64,000 bases of DNA, taken from the NCBI GenBank assembly GCA_043228905.1, contig JBHGNT010000013.1:2108001-2172000 (forward strand), given 5' to 3'. Both the position numbers and the translations under genes were made by a program. Of this stretch, positions 38,032-51,093 are shown piece by piece; position 1 is the stretch's first letter, and each line of letters starts with the position of its first letter. The notes beneath the pieces are model-generated. The model was given only the letters and a program-made list of their open reading frames with translations, was not told where the DNA came from and did no database searches. Origin of the DNA: Azolla caroliniana (Eukaryota; Plantae; Polypodiophyta).

Positions 38032-38936
38032 TCTTGTATCCATTCTCATTCTAATTTAATACATTCATTCTTCTCTTATCATTTCATTCCTCTCTTCTGG
38101 TGATCTCTTTATATCGTTCTTCAGTAGCTCTATTCTCTGTCTTGGTTCTGACACATAGAGCCTTTCCAAGAAGCCAACAATTTAGAGCCATTTCAATAAA
38201 TTGCTCCTCCTTCACTATACAATCTCATTGTATTCAAACATTGGTGATGACAAATTTTCCTAAACCAACTCCAAGTTTCTTTGAAATCATTATCAGAAAT
38301 ATTCATTTCTGCAACCAAACATCGAGCCTTGTTTCTAGATTGTAATACCTGATGGAGGCAATGCAATTAACAATCGATGAGATGAATAAATTCAAGCATA
38401 AAAACATTCCTCTAATTTAGGGTATCTCTAATTTAAGCATAAAAATAGGTTCTAGAGGATCCTCTAAAACCTATTTTTATTATATTTTCATCTTTGTTGA
38501 GCACATATTCATACCTAATCCTTCTTCTTTATCAAACTTCTAATGATTGATTAAATTATACCAAAATGTCTACCTTGTTGCGAAGACGAGATGATGGTTG
38601 TTCTATTAACTCCAAAATTTTTAGGTTTTCTTCATAATTCAAATGAGGTCAAAGACCTCGCTTGTGGATTGAATTTATCTTTGTAATGTTAATTAACTGA
38701 TTTTAGATTGACTTAATTAGGAGGAAGGTTTTGACATGATTAAAACTTCAAATTCCATCAAAAAACACCAATTTAAGGAAGAAGACAATGGTCACCACCA
38801 CCACCATAATGGACTGAGGGCATATTGGAAGAGTAGTAGCAAACGAAAGAATGAAAGAAGAAGAAAGCAGAACCACGAAAACAATGAGGAGAGAAAGAAG
38901 AAGAACAAAAGGAACAAGAAGCTACGATGTAATGCG

Positions 38937-40673
38937 TAAGGTGTGTAATGTGTAATATGAAATGTTAATGTGTGAGTGTGAGGAAGAGTGTGTACACATG
39001 CACATTTGGCTATTTGTGTGCATGTGTACAAATGTGAGAGACAAGGGTAAGTAGATGTAACTACCCCCATTTGGCTTTTTGTACTATATATAAACCCCCA
39101 CCCATGGGGCATGAAAAGGAGAAATATAGTGAAGTTACCCCTGAACTTGTGCTTGTCTCGATTTTGCCTCTCATTCTCTATGTGTATCTCTTTCTCTCTC
39201 TCTATCCTCTCACATTCGAACCCATCAACAATATTCCTCCTACCATAGCGATAAAGTTCAGAGTTTGAGGACTCCCGTGGTTTTTCCCTTTCCGTGTTTT
39301 TCACGTTAAATCTTGGCTCCACCCCCACCCATCAATAATATTCCTCCTACCAGTGATCAAGTTCAGAGTTTGTGGACTCCCATGGTTTTTCCCTTTCAGG
39401 TTTTTCTACATTAAATTTTGTCTCTGGCTCCACCCCCCACCCATCAACAATATTCCTCCTACCATAGTGATAAAGTTAGGAGTTTGTGGACTCCCGTGGT
39501 TTTTCCCTTTCCGGGTTTTCCACATTAAATCTTGTGTCTCTGTACTTGTGTTTTCTACCATTTCAATCTTTGCACATGAAATTGAGGAAAATGATAAGAG
39601 GATGGGGTGTTATCAAACAAGGTGTCGTGGCCCATGGTGCTAATTTCATGCTTGGAAAAAAGGATTGCCCACAAATAAGACTTGCATTTGAGCTTTCCTT
39701 GTGTGGAAATATAGTCATAACTATATGCCAATATAAATATAGATGGAAGAAATACAAATGGGCTATTATCCTATCATTTAAAAGTCTATTATTGCACCAT
39801 ATAATCCTTGTTGTGAAACCACATACCCTAGAAGCTCCACGTGGTTTTGATCAAAGCTACATTTCTCGAGATTGCCATAGAGCCCGTATTCTCGTAAGCA
39901 TTGAAGGACTTGGCGGACATGTGTGTCATGCTCTTCTTGACTTTTTGAGTAGATCAAGATGTCATCAAGATATACTATGGTAAATGAATCCAAGAAGTCA
40001 CGAAAAATATCATTCGCCATGTGTTGAAAATATGCGGACGCATTCGTGAGACCAAAAGGCATAACCGTACTCGAAATGTCCGTATCGAGTACGGAATGCT
40101 ATCTTCCATTCGTCTCCTGGACGTATCCGAACAAGGTTATATGTGCCTCGAAGATCTAGCTTTGTGAAAACTTTAGTTCCACAAAGACGCTCTAGTAAAC
40201 TCGATATCAAGGGTAGAGCATATCTATTTCGAACTATCAAGGGTAGAGCATATCCCTTTCAGGTTCGTCTACGTTAAATTTTGTCTCTGGCTCCACCCCC
40301 CACCCATCAACAATATTCCTCCTAACATAGTGATAAAGTTAGGAGTTTGTGGACTCCCGTGGTTTTTCCCTTTCCGGGTTTTCCACATTAAATCTTGTGT
40401 CTCTGTACTTGTGTTTTCTGCCATTTCAATGTTTGCACATGAAATTGAGGAAAATGATAAGAGGATGGGGTGTTATCAAACAAGGTGTCGTGGCCCATGG
40501 TGCTAATTTCATGCTTGGAAAAAAGGATTGGCTACAAATAAGACTTGCATTTGAGCTTTCCTTGTGTGGAAATATAGTCATAACTATATGGCAATACAAA
40601 TATAGATGCAAGAAATACAAATGGGTTATTATCCTATCATTTAAAAGTCTATTATTGCACCATATAATCCTTG
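38937..40673 (+). repeat. Probable LTR remnant with ~110-bp tandem units and a ~420-bp duplication bracketing a captured RT fragment
   Basis: Units CCCATCAACAATATTCCTCCTACC...GGTTTTTCCCTTTC at ~39221, 39328 and 39440; 39391-39810 repeated at 40254-40673. Confidence 0.6.
39806..40240 (-). pseudogene. pol: Tcn1-like RT fragment
   Basis: [31 protein letters not shown]; nearly identical to 63412-63845. Confidence 0.9.
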
Positions 40674-42679
40674 ACCAACATATCAAGAGAAACAGACCAC
40701 ACAATACATTCATTGATGCTTGGTCACATTCCCTACAAAAATGATAGCTTTGTGAAGAGGATCTCATTATGTGGAACGATCGATGACTTATCAACAAAGG
40801 ATATGGCTTCCATCACACATCTGAGTATACACGGATGGAGATTTAAAACTAATGTGACTCTTTCACCTAAATCTTGTTGGATATCCAATACTCATCGACA
40901 TGAGATTCTACCATATAATGGTCACATTAGCGACAAGGCATGAATGTTGTGATGAATAAATTTGGTGGTTATGGATAATGATGCCAACACAATGGTGGTT
41001 GACTTTAGTATAGGAACATGAAATATTAAAGGTTTTTGCCTTTGTGAAATTTAAAAGCAAGGAAGGACCTATCGTTGTTGATAGTATTAAAAAAACCTTC
41101 AAGCATAATGAGGTGTATAAACCTCAGCAAAATTTATGTCTTTATATTGATGATAATGTGATAATGATTTTATTTAATATTTATGTCTTTATACATCACT
41201 TTACTCTAATCTCCTTTCTACGTATTAATTTCAAAAGAGCCCCTTTTCTACGTTCTACATTTATTGCATATATTGATAGAGATTTATATAAATCCTATTT
41301 CACATTACAGCTTGATGAACAACCAATAATACATCTAGGCTATGTAAGATTTAGTTTTGGCTGACGAAGGACCTTACGGTTTGGTAAGGTTAAGTTTTAC
41401 GCATTTTAAGACATACTAGAACCTTGCTAATGATTAGACAATGTAAGAAATAGTGAGTATTTCCTTCCGATTGAAATGTGCAAGAAAAGAATTTATTTGT
41501 CATTGCGTATTTAGGATTGATACACAAGATAAACCCAATCACTACTCTCCAAATAAAGATATTTCCTTGAAATTCTAGAACTTACACTATAGGATATTCC
41601 CCCACCCACGGTGAGTTTTGATTACATGCCAAATTTCAATCAACCTTGAAGTGATCCCATGGAGTAACAATGCCAAATAAATATTAGCGGTTACTTGAAA
41701 ATTTGAGCTCTTCCTTGTAAACACCAATCTAAGCAAAATTTCTCTTCTATCCACATATTTAAGTGGCCCTACCTTAATGATAAAGTTTGCAACTTCAATC
41801 GATTAAACGTACATGTTGGACATGTTCGTGTAATGCACAATAAGCATATGGCATCATGTAACTGGGAGTTACGTTTCTCTTTATGAGATGGGAATACCCA
41901 CTTGGATAAAGAAAGGACTTCTTGCCAATACCTTATCAATGATTAAGGGTATGTACAGCAGGGAACTTTACGGGGATTAGTTCTATTGAGTATTGACCTT
42001 TACACCACCCCTTAATTATAATACTCAATCAAATGTTGTAGAAGAATACACAAGAATTTTGATTGCAAACACATGTCTTGCTAGAACGAAAATTTATAAA
42101 CCATAACCCTCGCTTGCTTGGTGATTAGTTTTCTCTCTACGCCATCTTATTATCCTTTGATCACCTTGGATTGAATCACACAACTTGATGATAGATGGCA
42201 AATTTAGTCCATTATGCTCTCATCAACATGTTGTCAGTTTGTAACTAATTCCTCTCATCTAGGAGTCGATGCGCTTCCTTATATAGGCCTAGTATGGGAA
42301 ACTTCAATGTCTACTCCAATGTTCATTCTTGCTTTAACCACAACTTTTACTCCAACAGTTGGCTCTGTCCCGTTTCGGTTACAAGATCCAATTTGTTAGC
42401 TAACTCTATCTTTCATCACACTAGTTTGGCCATGACATTTATTACTTTAGTGACGAAGGGTGCATATGTGTCTATCCTTGATTCCATGAGGGCCGATGTG
42501 TACACGTGGTATTGACCACTCCCTATAATCATCCTACTTTTATTACGAGTGTAGTTACCTCATATTGAGTTGTTGTGGGTTAATTCACGTTAGAAAGAGG
42601 GAGAGGATTTAAGACATTCAACTCTACGACTCCTAAGGGATACACTATTCTACACCGAGACTCTGTAGTGTGGCAGCCT

Positions 42680-43460
42680 CTAGTTGACAATCTCTTGAGT
42701 CATTTTGGTAGCCTCTACTTGACAGATGCATCTCGAGTTAGGTTAGTGGGAACCTTATTGACTAGCATAGCGTTGTTGTGGTTTGCTCCATTATTAGAAA
42801 CAAATTCTCTGCTACTCCATAATTTCAAAGAATTTGTCAAAGAATTTAAGGCTTGCTTTGGAGATACAGATGGGGCAAGAACAACGATCAACAAGATTCG
42901 TACTCTACGTCAAGGTGATCAGCCAACATCAACATATGCAGCCAATTTTTGTCTCATCGCAAGCGATATTTCTAGGGACGAACAAGCCCTAATTGAGCAG
43001 TTTCGTTCCGGTCTTCTTAGCGATGTAAATGACTTACTTCTTACATTCCCCGAGGATCCACAATATCTTACTGAACCTATTAGTCAAGCAATATGGTGCA
43101 ATAATCGTCTTTTTGAGCCTCGATGTGAACGACAACAAATAACAAGATCAAGATTCACACCAACTTATGCTCTGTCTCGATGATCATATCTCACACTTCG
43201 GGGTGTAATTGCGCCCTTTGAGAGTCAAAAGTAAATTCTCCTAGGACCATCAAAGCCTCAAGCAAGAACAGTTTATGCCACTCCACTTGAATCAAGCCTT
43301 GTGGATATTATTCGGTAACGTCTTCAGTCTGATGATTTCGTTCAGCATGTCTTAGCCCACATTAGTCCAAGCCATGCATCTTGCTTGACTTTGCAAGGGT
43401 CATCTCAACACTATCAGGAATTCAAATGCCATGATGTCTTACTCTTTTATAACAATCTCC
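42680..43460 (+). pseudogene. gag: Tcn1-like gag fragment plus a short pol piece
   Basis: ORF 42668..43183: WFAPLLE, IRTLRQG, QFRSGL.DV.DLLLTFPEDP (retrotransposon gag). Confidence 0.8.
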
Positions 43461-43474
43461 TTGTGAAAGTTCCT

Positions 43475-46284
43475 TGTGAAAGTTAGCGTGCGGAAGCATA
43501 TGCCAAACCAGCTCTGCCAGATAGTAACAGTAAAGAGAAGAAAGTTTAATGGAAGCTTAACATAGAGAATAAGCATACACAAGAGAGAGAGAGAGAAACA
43601 TAAAACTCTATTGAAAAATAACACTTTGTAACTATGTACATAGAATGTGCTCGAGAGAGCAGTTTTATACAAGTCCATAAAGGACTGACAAAAATACTGA
43701 CGGGTACTTCATCCGAGCATCGAATACAGGGTTCTTGGCGAGCTGTATGCTGCTTACGTTGTCACAATAAATCAAGATTGGGCTCGACACCTCGATCAGG
43801 AGGTCTCACAGGAGTCGCTGAAGCTAGATGGCTTCATAGGTGGCGATGGTAGCACCTGGGTATACAGCCTTAGTGCTCGACAGAGCCACTCTTGGCTGCT
43901 TTTTGCTGCTTTTTGTTGCTCCACGCAGCAACCGTGCTACCTAGAGAAAACATGTAACCAGAGGTGGATTGGCGATCCGATGCATCACCAGCCCAGTCGG
44001 CATTGGCATATCCAACTAGCTTCCCAACGATACCATGTCGGTATAATAGTCCCCGGTCCTTCGTGCCGCTAACATACCGGAGTATCCAATCTGCGCACTA
44101 AAGGTGCTCGACGGTCGGCTTTTGCATGAACTGGTTGATTACTCCGACCAGGTAATTGATGTTGGGTCGAGTGACTGTCAAGTATATGAAGCTTCTGACA
44201 ATTGGTCGGAACTGTTTCTCATCGCAAGTCGGGCCAGAGTTGGGATAAAGCTTCAGGTTCAGTCTAGGGGTGTGGAGATCGTCCGACATTCCGTTATGCC
44301 GAACTTGTACAACATATTCAACACATACTGTCTTCGTGAGAGCAATATGCCATCGGGGGGTTCGGATCACCTCAATCCCAAGAAAATAATGAAGGTCCCC
44401 CAGGTCCTTCATTTCAAATGCGTCCGACAACTAGGACTTCACTCTACCGATTTCATCCAGTCCGGGTCCGGTGATGACCAAATCATCAACATATAACAGG
44501 AAACAGACCGGACCGTTCGGACCTTTCCGGATGAATAGTGACGAGTTGGACTTTGAGGCCGCAAACCCCATCTTACGCAACCGGTGCGTGATCTTCGCAT
44601 TCCAAGCTCGGTGGGCTTGCTTCAGACCGTAAAACGACTTCTTGAGTCAAAATACTGCCGACTTGTTCATCTCCGATTGGAATCCGAGGGGTTGGATCAT
44701 ATAGAAAGACATTCTTCATGTCCATTTGGTGAAGACGCCATCCCCTTACCGCAACAACAGCCAATACCACACGAACTGTCGTCATCTTCGCTACCGGAGC
44801 AACGGTCTCATCGTAGTTGATTCCGTCGATCTATGCGTATCCGTTTGCCACTAACGAGGCCTTGCAACAGTTGAATGAAGCGTCAACATTGTACTTCACC
44901 TTATATACCCATTTGCAACCGATCGGTTTACACGGTTAGGGAGGGTCAACCAGGTCCGATGTATGGTATACATCAAGTACCCGGATTTCATCCTCCATAG
45001 AAGCACGCCCTTTAGTGATGGTATCGTATTCCGGCATCTTCTTCTTCCCCTTCTCTTTGCGCGTGAACCGTCTCCTCGGTTTCTTGCACGGGGAGAGCAC
45101 GACAAATTCTCCACTACTCGCCGGTTCTTCATCCGACTGGTCATCCCGACTCAGCCACTTAGCTAGAATGAGATCAGACTCTCATCTAGAGTACCGAATC
45201 GTTCATCTTCTTCTTGAACCCCTCTAGGTTAACTAGCTTCATCGTCCGGAATCGGGTCCTCGTCGGGACTTGGAGTCGGTAGGGAGTACCGTTATGCCGA
45301 CTCATCAAACTCGACATCTCAACTTACTCGTACCTATTTAGTCTGGGGGTTATGACACTTATACCCCTTCTGCTCATGCGAGTAACCCACTAGGATGCAC
45401 TTCTCCGACATCGGATCCAGCTTCTTACGCTTCTCATCCGGTACATGCACATATGCTATGCTACCAAAGATCCGAAGATGTCTCAAATTCGGCTTTTGCC
45501 CGAAATACAACTCATGTGCCGACACCTCGTCCTGGATCCGGTTTTGGATGTCGAACCGCCTCAGTCTAGTAGAATTTGGGCTTGCTCTTCTCCTCCTGCA
45601 TTGCCCTTGCAGCGTCGACAATCGATCGATTCTTTGTCTCGGTCACACCGTTTTGTTCCGATGTGTATTGACAACAGAATTCTCTCCGAATTCTATTCTA
45701 CCTCAGATAATAGTTGAATTGGCCAGAAAACTAGTCTTTTCCACCATCCGACCGTAGCAATTTTATATTTCTATTTGTTTCCCTTTCGACTAAGGTTTGA
45801 AGGTTTGAATGGATTAGATCAAGGTTGTGACGGGTCCGGTTTCGTTCGGTGGGGAATGGAAGCCGGTGTTGCTTCCCGAGTTGGCAGGCTCCGGTGCTAC
45901 CTTGTTGGTTCCTTCCACATAGCTCCAATATCCATGCCCCAGCAGGTACAGGTGCATTTTATATTTCTAGGATGCATAGTTGCTCCGGTCGAGCTTTTTT
46001 GTCGGAAGTGAGCTTGCCATTCCTTTGTCCATCTTAGGTTCTCTTCTGTTCTTCACCGGGTGTTAGGATTCTTCTTCACTAGTCGCTCGTCGGCTGCAGA
46101 GGTTCTCAACCTTTGCGCTATGATACCATGTGAAAGTTAGCGTGCGGAAGCGTATGCCAAACCGGCTCTGCTGGATAGTAATAGTAAAAAGAAGAAGGTT
46201 TAATGAAAGCTTAACACGAGAGAGAGAGAGAGAGAAAGACAGAGAACAGAACATCTAGGAGACAGTGTATGTGAAAGTTAGCGT
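43475..46284 (-). mobile_element. Heavily deleted Copia element (family related to 28928-33588)
   Basis: LTR pieces beginning TGTGAAAGTTAGCG at 43475, 46129 and 46270; PBS TGGTATCATAGC at 46117-46128; RT (MKDLGDLHYFLGIEV) and integrase fragments. Confidence 0.82.
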
Positions 46285-46985
46285 TGTCGTGCCTTTTGGT
46301 GCCCGATCGTTGCGTGACTCGGGTGGGAACCGTTGGGGTTTTGGACGAGGAAGAGGAAGAATTTGAGACAAGTTTCTAGTTATGGATAGATTATTAGAAA
46401 AGAGAGATAGAAATTTCGTGAATCCCACGAGTGTATTGTATTCGATTAATCAATATTTAGATAAGAATATGTATTTGGATTGAAAGAAAGAGATTAAAAA
46501 GAACTTGTGAATCCCACAAGTATAGATTATGTCGTGAATCCTACAAATATAGTTTGTTAATTGGTGTTTTAGGAAATATATCCAATTTCCAAATAATCCA
46601 CACACTTATTACATTGTGCTCCCCATCCTTATATGGTGATGAGAGAGTCTTCACAATTCATGCTTAAACTTTATGCTTTTCCTATTAATAGACTATATGC
46701 TTTATTTAACATGCTTTTTCAAAGTGATCATGTTTTTTCTAATTTGTGCGTTTTTTATTGACTATAGTGTTCATGCACGCTACATGTGCATGTGTAGCCT
46801 TTTCTTTTATGATGCGTTTTTCTAAAGTTTATCCTAGCGTGAACTTACGTTTTTATGTGGGACATCTACTTTTTAACACTAATGAAATGCTAGTGAAATG
46901 GTAAGACATTACATTAATAACATGGTGGTGCAAGGTTCGAATCTTGCCCTATGCATGTAATTCTTATTTTGATATCTTTTCTTCT
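46285..46985 (-). repeat. Truncated LTR of the gag-only family
   Basis: Colinear with 1499-1855 followed by 466-790. Confidence 0.88.
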
Positions 46986-49300
46986 CCGAATCTTGAACCG
47001 AATCACCTTTGTCCGATTCAGTCCAGGTTTTGTCCGAGTTGGTAGTCTCCAACTTGTCTTTCGTTTTTAGGCCCTTCACCACATCAGATCACGTCCGTGT
47101 CTTAGCCTTCTTCTAGTTGGCTAGACTGTCCTGCTTGACTCTGCCACCGCCGCCGCTTGCTCCGACATGTTCGGATGTGGCGACTCCTTCGGTCGGCTCG
47201 GGTTCCTTTATCTGCGCATCTCCCCCGTTGGTTCTTTCTTCTTCTCTGGCTCCTTGTCCGGTGCCATCCATTCCAGCTCTTGCTCTCCCCCTCAAGTTCG
47301 GCACATTGAGATGAGAAATGCTGAGCATCTCCGAAAAATGCCGCAACTTGTATGATCTGAGCGGCTTGGTGAAGATGTCGACTACCTACTGATCCGTATG
47401 ACCATATCAAAATTCAACATCACCGCTCAGAACCCGCTCACACACAAAGTGATAGTGCACTTCTCTGTGCTTCGTCCGAGCATAGAGTACAGGGTTCTTC
47501 GCAAGCTGTAGGTTCCTTACGTTGTCACCATAAATCAAGATTGGGCTCGGCACCTCGATCAGGAGGTCTCACAGGAATCGCTGAAGCCAGATGGCTTCAC
47601 AGGTGGCAATTGTAGAGCCTGGGTATTCAGGCTCAATGATCGACAGAGCCACTGTTGGGTGCTTTTTGCTGCTCCACACAACAACCGCACTACCAAGGGA
47701 AAACAGGTAACCGGAGTTGGATTTGAGATCCGATGCATCACCAACCCAATCGGCATCAGTATATACGACTAGCTTCCTAGCTATACCATGTCGGTATAAT
47801 AGTCCCCAATCCTTCGTGCCGCTAACATACTGAATTATTTAGTGTGCGCACTAAAGCTGCTCGACGGTCGGCTTTGGCATGAATTGGCTGATCACTCCGA
47901 CCAGGTAACTGATGTTGGGTCGAGCGATTGTCAATTATATGAGGCTTCCGAAAATTGGTCGGAAGTATTTCTCATCGTAGGCCGGGCCGGAGTCGGGACA
48001 AAGCTTCAGGTTCCAGTCTAGGGGTGTGGAGATCTGTCGACATTTCGTCATGCCGAACTTGTACAACATATTCAACACATACTGTCTTTGTGAGAGCAAC
48101 ATGCCATCGAGGGGTTCGAATCACCTCAATCCCAAGAAAATAATAAAGGTCCCCTAGGTCCCCCAGGTCTGATAACTAGGACTTCACTCTGTCGATTTCA
48201 TCCAGTCCAGGTCCGGTGATGACTAAATCATCAACATATGGCAGGATACAGACCGGAACGTTCGGACCTTTCCGGATGAACAATGACGAGTTGGACTTTG
48301 AGGCCGCAAACCCCATCTTACGGAACTGGTGCGTGATCTTCGTATTCCAAGCTCGGTGGGCTTGCTTCAGACCGTAAAACGACTTCTTGAGTCAAAATAC
48401 TATCAACTTGTTCATCGCCGATTGGAATCTGAGGGGTTGGATCATATAGACCCATTCTTCAAGGCCACCTTGAAGAAAAACATTCTTCATGTCCATTTGG
48501 TGAAGACGCCATCCCATTACAGCAACAACAACCAATACCACACGAACCATCGTCATCTTCGCTACCGGAGCAAAGGTCTCATCGTAGTTGATTCCGTGGG
48601 TCTATGTGTATCCCTTTGCCATTAACCGGGCCTTGTACCGGTTGACTGAAGCGTCCACATTGTACTTCACCTTATATACCCATTTGCAACCGTTCGGTTT
48701 ACACTATCAAGGAGGGTCAACCAGGTTGCATGTATCGTTGGCATCAAGTACCCGCATTTCTTACTTCATTGCAGCATGCCAATTTGCGTCATTTGATGCT
48801 TTTGTGTAGCTCTCCGGCTGAAGCACTTCCGCCACCTTAGTCATGCACGCATAGTGATGCGCCATGTACTCATTGTACCCGTACCTCAGGACGGTTTTCT
48901 TTTGATGGGTTGACTGGTGTAACTTCTCGTTAACCGGTTTGAGGCCATTCTTGGCCGATTCAGACTTCCTTTCTGAAGATCCGCCTTCTTCCTTTCCGGG
49001 GTAAGATTTGTTCTGGTCCAACCCTTTCGTGCTGGTATCGTATTCCGACATCTTCTTCTTCCCCTTCTCTTTGCACATGAACCGTCTCCTCGGTTCCTTG
49101 GGCGGGAAGAGCACGACAGAGTTTCCACTACTCGTCGGTTCTTCATCGAACTGGTCATCTCGACTCAGCCACTTAGCCAGAATAAGATCAGTCTCTCATC
49201 TAGAGTACCAAATCCTTCATCTTCTTCTTGAACCCCTCTAGGTTAACTAGCCTCATCCTCCGGAATCCAGTCTTTGTCGGGACCTGGAGTCGGTAGGGAG
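46986..49300 (-). pseudogene. pol: Copia RT/RNase H fragment
   Basis: Homologous to 30700-32700 and 43760-45290; RYGYNEYMAHHY; HLNVPNLRGR. Confidence 0.88.
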
Positions 49301-50607
49301 TTCGTACATGTGACACCTGTTGTTGAGCCAAAATACCCAATCATCGTCCTGATGGCTTGTTACAACCATTACCGCCTCCAGCTAAGCCGTGATAGTCTAT
49401 TTCTATGGATTTCATTACGGATCTACCACTTTCAAAAGGATTTAATACTATTTTAACAGTAGTCGATCGATTTACCAAGATGACACATTTTTCACCATGT
49501 GTAAAGAGCATCAGTAGTCAGGAAACCATAGATCTCATTGTGCATGAAGTGTCATCCACAAACTGATGGACAAACAGAGCGCACAAATCAAACGCTCGAG
49601 CAATATCTTCATTGCTTCATCAATTATCAACAACATGATTGTAGTAATATTTTATGTCTTGCTTGGTTTGCATATAATAACAGGGTACACTCTTCTACCA
49701 AGGTTACACCTTTCTTTGCCTACAGTGGCAACCATCCTCGATGGTGTATCCAAGATCTTCTTGAGGTCGCACGAAACTGTAGTGCGAAGCATCAGCTTCA
49801 TCGATTACACCAAATCCAGTTAGTGTTATGTTCACATCTTCAAACAGTGTAAGCACAACATAAGACTAATGCAAATCGCCATCATCTTATGTCTCCATTT
49901 AAGGTTGGTGACCGAGTATGGTTGCTTCGTCGTCACGTCAAGACTAACCGACTGTGAGAAACTAGATTATCAGTGCTTAGATCATTTTCTCATCACGGAG
50001 TGGATTAATGATGCAACCTTTCGTCTTAACCTTCCAGCACACATGCAGCTTCACCCAATCTTTCATAGCTCTCTTTTGGAACCTTGTCACACCTCTTCCA
50101 TTCCTAATCGAGTTGTGCCACCTCCGCCCCCAATCCAACTTGTTGACGGCCCCGAATATGAGATAGCAACTATTCTCGATTCTAAGATTGTGCGTAATAA
50201 GCTCTATTATTTGGTTGATTGGGTAGGCTATCGTCCAAGTGATCGCACTTGGGAACCCGTCAATAATGTTTCTAATGCTCAAGCTCTTGTCGACGACTTC
50301 ATGGACATAAACATCATGGCTTCTACTAGGCTTAAACCCAAGACCTTGTAATACATAATGAAGAACCCAACCATTAAGATAACCTATGATCATATGAGAT
50401 GATAAAGGCTACTTCTTGTAATACACTGATTATTGTATATACTCAGGAACATTCTAGAACATTCTAGAAAATCCTAGAACATCTTAGAATATTCTAGGTC
50501 TAGAACATTATAGAAATCTCTAGGCTATTCTATAGGAACCTATAAAAATAGGGGCATACATGTATTCTCAAATCAATACCAGTCTTAAGCTCTCATCGCC
50601 TATCTTG
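49301..50607 (+). pseudogene. pol: Tcn1-like chromovirus integrase + chromodomain fragment with 3' flank
   Basis: [19 protein letters not shown]; EYEIATILDSKIVRNKLYYLVDWVGY..SDRTWEP chromodomain. Confidence 0.88.
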
Positions 50608-51093
50608 TGTCAAGGCCTTAGCTTGACAAAAGAAGATTGAACAAGAGAGGAAAAGAAAGAGAGAACAATGGCGATATTTTAATTATAATAGGAAATTATA
50701 CAAAAGGAAGAACTAGAATATTTGACAAACACTGGTGTTGAACTAGAATGGTTCTAACAATCCAATATGTCCTATTTATATAGGAGTAGTATGTGCCCCT
50801 TGGATGTTTGTAGGGTCATGATACCCTTTGGGATGTTGTAGGGTCATGATACCCTTTGGGATATTGAAGGGTCTTGGCACCCTTTGGGATATTGAAGGGT
50901 CTTGGCACCCTTTGGTATATTGAAAGGCACCCTTTGGATATTTATAGGTTTACATTATCAATATTATAATAAAGTAAATTATAATATCTTTACGTAAAAC
51001 ATAGATAACCTAATGGCTAGAGTTGAGTGGTCCTCTTTAGGAGGTCACGGGTTCGAGTCACCCTAAACCTCATGGGGTTTCATCTAATCATCA
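50608..51093 (-). repeat. Duplicated chromovirus 3' LTR (copy of 51536-52021), part of a ~0.93-kb tandem duplication
   Basis: 50256-51197 is repeated as 51198-~52125, including host flank, LTR and PPT. Confidence 0.88.

Noticed and set aside
40680-42660. Possible host gene in an AT-rich stretch (also 38030-38930)
   Set aside because: No credible ORF or exon chain is visible; left unannotated as probably old decayed repeats.
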